A stretch of 64,000 nt of DNA, from contig CAWAIF010000003.1 of the NCBI GenBank assembly GCA_963782055.1, forward strand, positions 5,152,001 through 5,216,000. Reading direction: 5' to 3'. The notes under the pieces were generated by a model, which was not told the origin of the DNA, did no database searches, and saw only the letters and a program-made list of their open reading frames with translations. A program made the translations under genes and the position numbers. This stretch comes from an uncultured delta proteobacterium (GTDB lineage Bacteria; Myxococcota_A; Polyangia; Polyangiales; Polyangiaceae). Below, piece after piece: positions 9,501-17,660 of this stretch; the first letter of the stretch is position 1; each line of letters starts with the position of its first letter.

Positions 9501-11339
9501 GTCGCGCCGCGCGAGCACGTCACGGAAGGTCACCCGCGTGAAGCCATCGTCCTCCAGGCGCGAGAGGGCGAGCGCGTGCTCGCGGCGCTCCGCCATCTCC
9601 TCCACCAGCGAGACCAGCGTGCGGTGCCGGCGGAGCGGACGGAGCTCGCGCTTCATGCGCTTGTCCATCTCCGGCAGGATCCACTTCTCCAGCGCCGGCA
9701 TGTGGACCTTCATGTACCAGTCGGCCCAGTCGATGGAGTCCGGCGTCCAGGCGAGCTTTTGCTTGTATTGTGCAGGCAATCGCGCGTAGGCGCGGCGGGT
9801 GTTCTCGCAGGAGAACGGCCCCAGCGTGCGGCCGGAGAAGGGCGCGAAGAGGTGCAGGAGCTCGCCGATGCGCTTCTGCGACTGCGAGACGCCCTCCAGC
9901 GCCTTCGCCGCCGGGCGGGCGAGCGGGCCCATCGGCGCGGGCGTCTGCTTGAGCGCCACCGCCATCGCGTGCGTCGCGCGGGCGATGGCCGGCGCGCCGA
10001 AGCGGTCGATCGTCTCGATGGAGGTGATGGCCGGCTCGACGTGCGCCTGCAAGAAGTTGACGAGCGGGTTGCCCCCCTTCTGGCGGAAGGCCTTGCGCTT
10101 GTAGAGGCCGGCGAGCTCGCCGTACCGCCCGGAGGTGCAGGGGTTGGAGTCGGACGCGCCGAGCTGATAGACGGGCTTCGGGTCGCCCTCCAGCAGCTCG
10201 GCGAGGGCGAGGATCATCCCGGCGACGACCATGTCGGTGGGGATGAGATCGAGCAGGGTGTCGCCGCCCGGCAGGTGGGTGTGCCCCTTCATGGTGAGGA
10301 ACATGAAGGGCACGGTGGTGGAGATGCCCTCGTTCCACCCGGTGAAGGGGAAGGCCTGCGTCGTCTCGCAGCAGGCGGGCCGCGCGATGGTGAAGGAGAG
10401 GCCGGAGCGGGCGATGATCTGCTCACCGATGCTCTTGGTGTACGTGTACGTGTTGGGCCAGCCCCAGTGCTCCGCGCGCTCCCTGCCCGCCTCTACCAGG
10501 CGATCGCTCACCCAGCGGCGGCGCACCTTGGCGAGCTCCTGCTCCAGCGGTTCGCCAGCGGTGGGCTCGCCGCGCGCGAGCAGGTTCTTGCGCGCCTTCT
10601 CCAGGAACTCGCTCTGCCGGAAGGCGTCGTCGCAGCGGTGCTTGGCCTGCGCGATGACGTCCAGGCAATCGCTCACCTCCCGCTCGGGATCCCACAGCTC
10701 CTTGCCCAGCTCCTCGCAGCGCGGGAAGGGGTGGGTGAAGGGGTCCTCCTCCAGGATGGGTCCCTTGCGGAAGCCGGCGACGTAGCAGGTGCTGGTGTGC
10801 AGCAGCGGGGCGTCGCCCACCGCGCGCGCCAGGGCGACGAGGTTCTGCGCGCCGAAGGCGTTGGCGTCGAGGGCCTCGTCCAGCGGGGGGTTGAAGTCGA
10901 CGACGCCGGCCACGTTGACCACCGCGTCGAGGGTGCCCTTCAGCTCGGCGATGAGCGCCGGATCGATGCCGCACAGGGGCCGCCCGACGTCGCCGTCCAT
11001 GGGCACCACCTTCTCGGCGAAGAAGGCGCGCAGACCATCCTCGCCCAGCCGCTCGCGCAGGGAGCGAAAGGCGTCGCTGGGGATGATCTTCTCCGCGAGG
11101 CGCTCGGCGCTGGTGTGCTTCTCACCGGAGCGGACCAGGAGGTAGACCTTCCCGATCTGCGGGAAGCGGTCGAGGAGCATGGCCAGGAAGACCTTGCCGA
11201 CGAAGCCGGTGCCACCCAAAACGAGCAGGCGCGCGCCGTCGAAGATCCCGGCGACGTCCAGCGGGGTGAGCGCTTCGGGGACATCGCCCGAGGCGTGGGG
11301 GCCCGCCACGCCGTTGGTCTTGGGGACTTCTCGAGGCAC
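6576..11339 (-). CDS. elbD: ElbD-like multidomain ether-lipid enzyme: fatty acyl reductase + acyl-CoA synthetase + ACP + acyltransferase + SCP2-like C-terminus
   Basis: GGTGFVGK and YTYTK (reductase), FTSGTTGKPKG and GYGLTE (AMP-binding), LGFDSLM (ACP Ser), NHTSHLD and FPEGTR (acyltransferase), SCP2-like tail. Start codon uncertain. Confidence 0.8.
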   Translation of the reverse strand: MPREVPKTNGVAGPHASGDVPEALTPLDVAGIFDGARLLVLGGTGFVGKVFLAMLLDRFPQIGKVYLLVRSGEKHTSAERLAEKIIPSDAFRSLRERLGEDGLRAFFAEKVVPMDGDVGRPLCGIDPALIAELKGTLDAVVNVAGVVDFNPPLDEALDANAFGAQNLVALARAVGDAPLLHTSTCYVAGFRKGPILEEDPFTHPFPRCEELGKELWDPEREVSDCLDVIAQAKHRCDDAFRQSEFLEKARKNLLARGEPTAGEPLEQELAKVRRRWVSDRLVEAGRERAEHWGWPNTYTYTKSIGEQIIARSGLSFTIARPACCETTQAFPFTGWNEGISTTVPFMFLTMKGHTHLPGGDTLLDLIPTDMVVAGMILALAELLEGDPKPVYQLGASDSNPCTSGRYGELAGLYKRKAFRQKGGNPLVNFLQAHVEPAITSIETIDRFGAPAIARATHAMAVALKQTPAPMGPLARPAAKALEGVSQSQKRIGELLHLFAPFSGRTLGPFSCENTRRAYARLPAQYKQKLAWTPDSIDWADWYMKVHMPALEKWILPEMDKRMKRELRPLRRHRTLVSLVEEMAERREHALALSRLEDDGFTRVTFRDVLARRDATAARLAAAGVKKGDLVLLSARNHPDWAIAYFGILRAGATAVPVDPEMEARALANVARESGAEVALFDAHVRERSGEELAGLLPGLRPLDLHQTTAEDASLVPPAVEVEEDDVASVIFTSGTTGKPKGVRLTHKNFASLIAALAPIFPLGERDRVLSVLPLHHTFEFTCGLLLPFSRGARVQYLDELSGERLAHGLELGRATAMVGVPALWQLLERRIRSQVEGRGKLAGTLFDLATDMNRKLGRATGVDAGKLLFGPVHQALGGSLRILISGGAALPKETHQLFAGLGLPLTEGYGLTEAAPVLTVSQPSPRALSGQVGKPIPGVEVTIENADETGVGEVMARGPNVMAGYTDEEATRQVLTEDGWLKTGDLGKLDKRGRLHIVGRIKDVIVTTTGENVYPDDVERALGEVTGIAELAVVGVAAPAGGERVGCLAVPEGVRPSTGESLPPAPSPDPAAPDSLAARADRNARAMASLRAAIAKLPYGQQPAIVHLYDAPLPRTATRKAKRPEVRSILERLIAATAAPDDASAELGPVRVAIAAVSGRPARELGAHTTMQGELGFDSLMLTELLDALEARGRVIDPAQLQACRSVEDVERLFEAARSRFHKTERAAGARIEGRETAKAPLVLPEQVQDAAKGFIGKLQDAFYGQVMKPKVSGRAFIPHNRNTIVVANHTSHLDMGFVRHALGTYGEDVISLAAQDYFFDQGLKRAFFENFTNLKAIDRKGGVRQSLRQASEVIAGGKTVLLFPEGTRTPTGDVQEFKPMVGHLALAHGVDILPVFLGGTYEAMPRGAVVPMRRRINARIGMPLRVSDLRRLTAGKTPAEAAREVARLAREAVLALKEGGVLDLSKMGSAEEAGRDKGPHPLVALFQELETKFKPGAVDKAVSFYFTLGADEHSKWTLRVDPHKCEVASGKPEGGVADCVLKTTPEIFTRIVREAYVPGVAEFMSGAVKSNDVGLLQTFQKAFQLG

Positions 11340-11386
11340 CGGCAGGTGTTTCGTACGGGGCGCAACCCTTGTCAATGCGGACGGAT

Positions 11387-12079
11387 TTACGCAGTCACCC
11401 GATAGACGACGCCCACCTTCCGCCCCTTGCCCTCCACCTCGACCGAGGTGGGCATGGGGTAGCGCGCCAGCTCCGTCAGGCCGCGCCCGGGCGTGTATTT
11501 CCGGCCGGGATCGCCCGTCAAGACGGGTTTTTGCCGGGCCAGGCGAGAAAGCCACGCGGTGATGCCCTGGGTCATGGTCGCGTCGTAGAAGACGTCGCCG
11601 GCGGTGATCAGGTCGAAGTCCCCTGCGTCCAGATCCATGGCAGAGCCGACGCGCGGCTCGACCGTGACCCCGTTCTCCTCGGCGTTCAGGGCGCAGGTGG
11701 CGGCCGCCAGCATGTCCACGTCCACCGCCAGCACGCGCGCCGCCCCCGCCCGCGCCGCGGCGACCGCGACGACGCCGCCACCCGACGCCACGTCCAGCAC
11801 CGCCTTGCCGCGCACGCGCGCCGGATCGTCCATGAGGTAGCGTGCGAGCGCCTGACCGCCCGCCCAGGCGTAGGCCCAGAAGGGAATGGGCGCGAGCTCC
11901 GCTCCGGGCTCGGGGGACCGCGGTGCGCCGGCGCGGGCGAAGAAGGCCTGTGTGGCGTGCCACAGCGCGGTGACATCGCCCCCCAGGTGGAAGCGAAGCT
12001 CCGGCAGCAGCGGCAGGGTGCGAAGGCGCGTGCCCTCCTTCACGAAGGCGCGGCACGCCTCCATCGACGGCGCGGGCAT
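11387..12079 (-). CDS. class I SAM-dependent methyltransferase (lysine/nicotinamide N-methylase-like)
   Basis: PFWAYAWAGGQALARY, VLDVASGGG, AGDVFYD and GDPGR motifs. Confidence 0.85.
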   Translation of the reverse strand: MPAPSMEACRAFVKEGTRLRTLPLLPELRFHLGGDVTALWHATQAFFARAGAPRSPEPGAELAPIPFWAYAWAGGQALARYLMDDPARVRGKAVLDVASGGGVVAVAAARAGAARVLAVDVDMLAAATCALNAEENGVTVEPRVGSAMDLDAGDFDLITAGDVFYDATMTQGITAWLSRLARQKPVLTGDPGRKYTPGRGLTELARYPMPTSVEVEGKGRKVGVVYRVTA

Positions 12080-12095
12080 GGAGCGGGGCTCTGGC

Positions 12096-12506
12096 TCAGG
12101 CCGTGCTCACCAGCGCGCCGGCGCGGCGGTCCACCAGGGCGCGCAGGCTCTCGGTGTCGAAGGGCTTGGCGATCCAGGTGTTGGGGATGCTCTCGAGGAA
12201 TGCGCGGACGGGCGGTTCGTCCGGCGCGCCGGTCATGAAGATCATCCGCCGGGCGACGGCGGGGGCGCGGGAGAGCAGCTCGGCGTGGACCGCCTCGCCC
12301 CCCATCTTCGGCATCTGGATGTCGCAGAGGACGACGTCGAACGTGCGAACCGAGACGAGGCGCTCGATGGCGACGCGAGGGTCCGTCTCCCACTCGACGT
12401 AGTGATCGTCGCCGAGGAAGCGGGCGACCGCGAGGGCGAGGAGCCGCTCGTCGTCCAGAACGAAGACTCGACCGATGCGCCTGCGTGTTCCGCTGCTGTG
12501 AGCCAT
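12096..12506 (-). CDS. single-domain response regulator
   Basis: VLDDE...DVVLCDIQMPKMGG...FMTG...KPF receiver motifs. Confidence 0.88.
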   Translation of the reverse strand: MAHSSGTRRRIGRVFVLDDERLLALAVARFLGDDHYVEWETDPRVAIERLVSVRTFDVVLCDIQMPKMGGEAVHAELLSRAPAVARRMIFMTGAPDEPPVRAFLESIPNTWIAKPFDTESLRALVDRRAGALVSTA

Positions 12507-12615
12507 GTGGATCCTCCCCCCTCTCCTGGAGTCGGCCCGCGAAGTTTCAATTATGGATCAGCCGGCGGCGGTTGCAAGACGACCTCCGACTTTGCAAACT
12601 CGCGGGGGGCGCGGC

Positions 12616-12852
12616 TCATTCCCGGCGGCAGCGCAGGTGATCTCTCACCCACGTCCCGCGCGCCCCCGCGGCCGCGCGCGAGCGAGACTGCGGCACCTTC
12701 ATCCCACACCCGGTGCACTCCAGCGACAGGGGGCTGGCGAGGAAGAGCGTCGTCCCCTCCCGCACCACCTTCGCCGTCGTCCGCGGCGCCAGACCCCCGT
12801 CGTAGAGGGCGTCGACCTCCCCCACCAGCCCGTCGGCATCGATCGCGCTCAT
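12616..12852 (-). CDS. small hypothetical protein with CxxC
   Basis: 78-aa ORF preceded by a GA-rich SD-like stretch; contains ECTGCG. Confidence 0.35.
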   Translation of the reverse strand: MSAIDADGLVGEVDALYDGGLAPRTTAKVVREGTTLFLASPLSLECTGCGMKVPQSRSRAAAGARGTWVRDHLRCRRE

Positions 12853-12928
12853 CTCCCGAGTCTACTCCTCCTCTTCGCCCCCTGCCCCCCATCGGGGAAC
12901 CCCCGCCCCTCCGCGCTGTCCCTCCCCC

Positions 12929-14008
12929 GTGCCTCGCCGCCCCACCCTGCTCTTCTTCCTCCTCTCCGCCGCCTGCTCCGCGCCGTCCTCCGTCGAGCAG
13001 GTCCGCGTCGTCCTCGCGCGGTCCGCCCCGCTCCCCGCCTCCGTCGCGGCCGTCCAGAGGGCCCCGCGCTCCACCTGCGTCATCGTGGGCGACGGCGAGC
13101 GGCTGAGCGGCGCAGAGGATCCGCCGCCCTTCGATCTCTTCACCGCCGCGGACGCCAGGGCGCCCGCGCTGGTGGTGGAAGGGAGCTCCAGTGTGGCCAT
13201 CGCGTGGTCGGAGCTCCCGCGCTACCCGGGCTCGAACCACCGCGCACGCGTCGCCCTCGGCGGGCAGAGGCTGGTGCGCTTCACCGGCTGGGCGAGCCTG
13301 AGCGGCCGCGGCTTCCAGATCCGGCTGCGCGCCTTCGACCGGACCGGCCACCTCTGGGCGACCGGCGGCTCGCGCGCGGAGGTGCTCGGCGCCGCCGGCA
13401 AGGAGATCGTGCTGCGCGTCGCGACCGGCTTCGCCGAGCCGTCACGCCTGGAGGTCACCACCGGCTGCGCCAACGTCGCCTATCACCCCTTCAACCTCCC
13501 CGTGACGCACGACGTCGACGCGCCGTCCACCGGCCTTGTCGTGGAGAACCGCGCGGCGCGCATCGCGCTCGCCGACGCGCCGAAGGGGCCAGCCGTCGCG
13601 TCCTTCGTGCTGCCGGCGGACACCACGCTACGCCTCCCGGTGCTGGAGGCGCGGAGCGGCTGGATCCGCATCGCCGCGGAGTACCAGGGCATCGGCTTCG
13701 ACGGCTGGGTGCCGGGCGCCTCGATGGACCAGCCGATGGGCATCGGCCTCGGCGGGATCAGCACGAGCAGCCACTGCGGCGGCGTGAGCTCGAGCACCAA
13801 CCCGCCGCTCCGCGTGACCGCGGACACGCCGCTCTACACGGGGGCGGAGCCCGCGCCGCTGGAGGGTGCCGTCGTGGAGAGCGGGGCGCTCGTCCGGTTC
13901 GACGGCGAGCAGCGCGGGCACCTGCGCTCCTTCCACTTCGAGACGGGGGAGATCGCCGCGCCGGATGGGCAGCACCTCTGGGTGGACGAGCAGGCGGTCG
14001 GGAGGTGA
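12929..14008 (+). CDS. hypothetical lipoprotein
   Basis: LLFFLLSAAC lipobox, 359 aa. Confidence 0.65.
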   Translation: MPRRPTLLFFLLSAACSAPSSVEQVRVVLARSAPLPASVAAVQRAPRSTCVIVGDGERLSGAEDPPPFDLFTAADARAPALVVEGSSSVAIAWSELPRYPGSNHRARVALGGQRLVRFTGWASLSGRGFQIRLRAFDRTGHLWATGGSRAEVLGAAGKEIVLRVATGFAEPSRLEVTTGCANVAYHPFNLPVTHDVDAPSTGLVVENRAARIALADAPKGPAVASFVLPADTTLRLPVLEARSGWIRIAAEYQGIGFDGWVPGASMDQPMGIGLGGISTSSHCGGVSSSTNPPLRVTADTPLYTGAEPAPLEGAVVESGALVRFDGEQRGHLRSFHFETGEIAAPDGQHLWVDEQAVGR

Positions 14009-14118
14009 GGCGCGCCGTGACAGTCCTGCTCCCGCGCCCCGCCAACCTGGTTGTCTGACCGGCAAAGGCAATTCCAACAAACGGTTTCTTCGCCTGACGG
14101 CCATGGCATCATCGTAAG

Positions 14119-16647
14119 ATGACGAAGGCGGGAGCGGGGCAGAGGGGCGCTGGTTGTGGCAAGAGGTGGGCGCGCGCCCTGCTCGGCGCGCTGGCGGTGA
14201 TCGCGGCGGCGAGCTGCGGGAAGGTCGTGCCGGTGGCGGCGCCTCCGACGACGCAGTGCCTCCTCGGCTGCGACGGCACCGACCTCCGGCACGAGTCGAT
14301 CGACAAGGTCGACATCCTCTTCGCGATCGACAACTCGGCGTCGATGGGCGACAAGCAGGCGCTCCTCGCGGCGTCGGTGCCGGACCTCATCGACCGCCTC
14401 CTCCTGCCCGACTGCCTGACCGACCCGGCCGATCCCAGCTCGGTCGTCGCGCGGGTCAACGGCGCCTGCCCCAACGGATCGAAGGAAGAGTTCCCCGCCG
14501 TCTACGACATGCACGTCGGCATCGTCACCTCCTCCCTCGGCGGCGGCGGTGCGCCGGACGTCTGCCAGGACGGCGACCTCAATCCCATCGCCCAGCTCTC
14601 CAAGTTCAACCGCCACAACAACGACAAGGGGCACCTGATCAACCGCAAGAAGCCGGACCTCGCCAACCCGCCGGCCAGCGGCATCGAGGACCCGGTCGGC
14701 AACGCCAAGCCGGTGGACGGCACCGGCGGCGACTTCCTCGCGTGGCTCCCCTCCGACAACCCCAAGAACCAGGGCAAGCTCCCGCCGAACGTCACTCCCT
14801 ACACCACGGCGGCGGACGAGCAGACGCTCGTCACCGACTTCCAGAGCCTGGTCGCCGGCACGCAGGAGTACGGCTGCGGCCTCGAGGCGCAGCTGGAGTC
14901 CTTTTACCACTTCCTCGTCCAGCCAGACCCGTGGGAAGACATCACGCTGGCCCCCAACACCGGCAACCCTGCCAAGGCGCAGCTCGTCGGCGTGGACGCC
15001 ACGATCCTGAAGCAGCGCCACGACTTCCTCCGCGAGGACTCGCTGGTCGCCGTCATCCTGGTCACCGACGAGGAAGACTCCTGGAGCGATCCGCTCGCCA
15101 TCGGGGGGCGCGGCTGGGTCGCCCGCACGGTCACCTACCCGGGTTCGCCCACCGGACAGCAAGCCCCGCTGCCGACCCACGAGTGCGGCACCTTCCAGAA
15201 CGGCGCCTTCGTGCCCTCGGTGCCGGTGGCGGGCCAGGAGACGACGACCGGCCCGAACGATCCCAACTGCACGTCGTGCGGCTTCGCCGGCAACAAGGCG
15301 GACGGCACGTCCATCGCGCAGGACCCCAACTGCCAGACCGCCTGCGGCGCCGGCTGCATCGGCTTCTACACCGCGAAGCAAGACGGACTGAACGTCCGCT
15401 ACACCGACAACATGAAGGCGCGCTACGGGTTTGACCCGCAGTTTCACATCCAGCGCTACATCGACGGCCTGCAGTCGCTCAAGGTGCCCGATCGCGATCA
15501 CGAGACGCACCTGGGCGCCTCGGCGCCCTACGACGCCGTGAGGAACTGCACCAACCCCCTCTTCGCGAAGGGGCCGCTCCCCACCGACCCGAACGACGTG
15601 GGGGCGCTGTGCAACATGCCGCTCGGCCCGCGCACGCCGGACCTGGTGTACTTCGCCGTCATCGGCGGCGTCCCCAACCAGCTCGTCGACGACGCCCAGG
15701 GGAACGTGAAGACGCTCGCCGACACCGACTGGAACAAGATCGTCGGCAAGGATCCGCAGAACTTCGACCTCACCGGCATCGACCCGCACATGATCGAGTC
15801 GGTCGCCCCGCGGCCGGGTCTCCCCTCGCCGAACGGCGCCGCCACCGACCCCGTCCACGGCCGCGAGTGGAACACGACCAAGTCGGTCGTCGGCCAGGAC
15901 CTGCAGTACGCCTGCACCTTCGACCTGCCGGCGCCCAGGGACTGCACCGACCCGGTGAACGCGAACGCCTGCGACTGCGAGGGCATCGCGTCGAGCTCCG
16001 TCGACGGCCCGCCTCTCTGCGGCAGCCCGCCCAGCACGATGCAGGTCAAGGGCAAGGCCTACCCGAGCATCCGCGAGCTTCGCGTCGCGCGCGCCATGGG
16101 CGCCCGCGGGATCGCCGCGTCCATCTGCGCACGGAACACCACCGACGAGAGCAAACCAGACTTCGGCTACCGGCCGGCGATGAAGGCGATCGTGGACCGT
16201 CTGCGCGGCGCCTTCGGCGGGCAGTGCCTGCCGCAGCCGCTGGCGCGCGGGACGGACGGCGCGGTGGCGTGCACGCTCCTGGTGGTGTTCCAGGCGGGCG
16301 TGGACCAGGCCACCATTTGCAATCCGGCCAGGGGGCTCGCCCAGGTCGACAAGAGCATCAAGGACCCGTTCGACGCGAAGCGGCTGGCCGACCTCCGCAA
16401 GGTGACGCCGCAGGCGACGGCAGCGGATCTCGGCCCGGTGTGTCAGCTCACACAGCTCGTACCCCCCGCCGACTTCGCCGCCGGAGGCTCGTGTGCGTCG
16501 TCGCAGACGCCGGGGTGGTGCTACGTCACCGCGCCGGCCGCGAACGGCTGCCCTCAGGGCGTGGCATTCTCCTCCGGCGGCGAGCCCGCCGCCGGGACGC
16601 AGGTCACCCTCCAGTGCTTCGGGCCTGCCGGCGACGGCGGCACCTGA
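14119..16647 (+). CDS. large Cys-rich lipoprotein with vWA-like MIDAS motif
   Basis: Lipobox AAASC, 'KVDILFAIDNSASM' (DxSxS), 'AVILVTDEED', many Cys. Confidence 0.75.
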   Translation: MTKAGAGQRGAGCGKRWARALLGALAVIAAASCGKVVPVAAPPTTQCLLGCDGTDLRHESIDKVDILFAIDNSASMGDKQALLAASVPDLIDRLLLPDCLTDPADPSSVVARVNGACPNGSKEEFPAVYDMHVGIVTSSLGGGGAPDVCQDGDLNPIAQLSKFNRHNNDKGHLINRKKPDLANPPASGIEDPVGNAKPVDGTGGDFLAWLPSDNPKNQGKLPPNVTPYTTAADEQTLVTDFQSLVAGTQEYGCGLEAQLESFYHFLVQPDPWEDITLAPNTGNPAKAQLVGVDATILKQRHDFLREDSLVAVILVTDEEDSWSDPLAIGGRGWVARTVTYPGSPTGQQAPLPTHECGTFQNGAFVPSVPVAGQETTTGPNDPNCTSCGFAGNKADGTSIAQDPNCQTACGAGCIGFYTAKQDGLNVRYTDNMKARYGFDPQFHIQRYIDGLQSLKVPDRDHETHLGASAPYDAVRNCTNPLFAKGPLPTDPNDVGALCNMPLGPRTPDLVYFAVIGGVPNQLVDDAQGNVKTLADTDWNKIVGKDPQNFDLTGIDPHMIESVAPRPGLPSPNGAATDPVHGREWNTTKSVVGQDLQYACTFDLPAPRDCTDPVNANACDCEGIASSSVDGPPLCGSPPSTMQVKGKAYPSIRELRVARAMGARGIAASICARNTTDESKPDFGYRPAMKAIVDRLRGAFGGQCLPQPLARGTDGAVACTLLVVFQAGVDQATICNPARGLAQVDKSIKDPFDAKRLADLRKVTPQATAADLGPVCQLTQLVPPADFAAGGSCASSQTPGWCYVTAPAANGCPQGVAFSSGGEPAAGTQVTLQCFGPAGDGGT

Positions 16648-16762
16648 CGGACGCGGGCGCGGGGCGGCGCGCCCCGCGGCGATCCGATCGCCCACCGCGT
16701 GGAATATATGCCGTAATCTCCCGTCCAACGGCATCGGGGGGACACGCGGAGGATCAAGGACG

Positions 16763-17641
16763 ATGCGCACTCGCGACTGGACACTCGGCGCCCTGGGCGT
16801 GATGGGACTGTGGGCTCTGGGAGCTGGCATCACTCCGGCGTACGGCGCAACGAGCCGCAGCTACGCCGGCGGAACAACCGGGATGGAGCTGGATGGTCGG
16901 CAGGCGGGGTCCCCGAAGTCGGCGACCGGAGGCGACCCGGTCTCCCCGGGCCACTACGGCGACATCACGCTGGAGGCCGGCGCCGGGATGTCCGGGCCCT
17001 TCTACGACTGGATCGCGACCGCCATCAACGGCACGCAGGTCAGGCACCGCGGCAGCGTGGTCTCGCTGAACTACGACTACCACGCCACGTCGCAGCTCCA
17101 GTTCACCGACGCGTTCATCCGCGAGGTGGACCTGCCCAAGCTCATTCCGTTCACAAAGGATGCGGGCTACTTCACGATCAAGATCGCTCCGGGGACCACC
17201 ACGCACGCCACCGCATCCGGCACGTGGCCCCATCCTTCCGCCACCAGCGACAAGGAATGGTTGGAGAGCAACTTCCGCCTCGTCGTCTCCGGCTTGCCCT
17301 GCAACGGCGCGCAGCTCGATCCCATCGCCATCCGCCCCTCCCCCCCCGGGCAGCGGGACCGGCTGCGCGCTCGGGGCCGCACCGCCGTCGACATCTCCCT
17401 CAGCGTCCCCGCCACCGACGCCCGGCCGTGGCAGGCGTGGGCCAACACCTTCATCGGTCAGGGGAAGAACGGACCCGAAAACAAGAAGACGGGGCAGCTC
17501 ACCATCCTGGCGGCGGACAGGCACACCACGCTCTTCGCGCTCAGCTTCAGCGGGATCGGCATCACCCACCTGACGTCCGGGTCCACCACGTCGATCGCCC
17601 TGCACGCCGACAGGGTCACCTTCCGCCGGGGCAGCCTCTGA
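16763..17641 (+). CDS. signal-peptide-bearing protein resembling tandem T4 gp19-like/eCIS tail tube domains
   Basis: 'MELDG..AG..KSATGG..YGDITLEAGAGMSGPFYDWI..RGSVVSLNYDY..QFTDAFIREVDLP', followed by a second 'NFRLVVSGL..WQAW..KTGQLTIL' module. Hydrophobic N-terminus ending AYG-A. Confidence 0.6.
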   Translation: MRTRDWTLGALGVMGLWALGAGITPAYGATSRSYAGGTTGMELDGRQAGSPKSATGGDPVSPGHYGDITLEAGAGMSGPFYDWIATAINGTQVRHRGSVVSLNYDYHATSQLQFTDAFIREVDLPKLIPFTKDAGYFTIKIAPGTTTHATASGTWPHPSATSDKEWLESNFRLVVSGLPCNGAQLDPIAIRPSPPGQRDRLRARGRTAVDISLSVPATDARPWQAWANTFIGQGKNGPENKKTGQLTILAADRHTTLFALSFSGIGITHLTSGSTTSIALHADRVTFRRGSL

Positions 17642-17660
17642 GCGACCCGCGCGACTGTCA

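Noticed and set aside
6324..11405. 1693-aa plus-strand ORF, and similar long ORFs at 32571-36041, 35807-39424 and 38965-44361
   Set aside because: Antisense shadows of real genes, typical of high-GC DNA; no recognisable motifs.
12588..12623. Possible further inverted arm-A copy (reverse complement GGGAATGAGCCGCG...CGCGAGTTTGCAAAGTC)
   Set aside because: Similarity is too weak and the diagnostic CATAGG end is absent.
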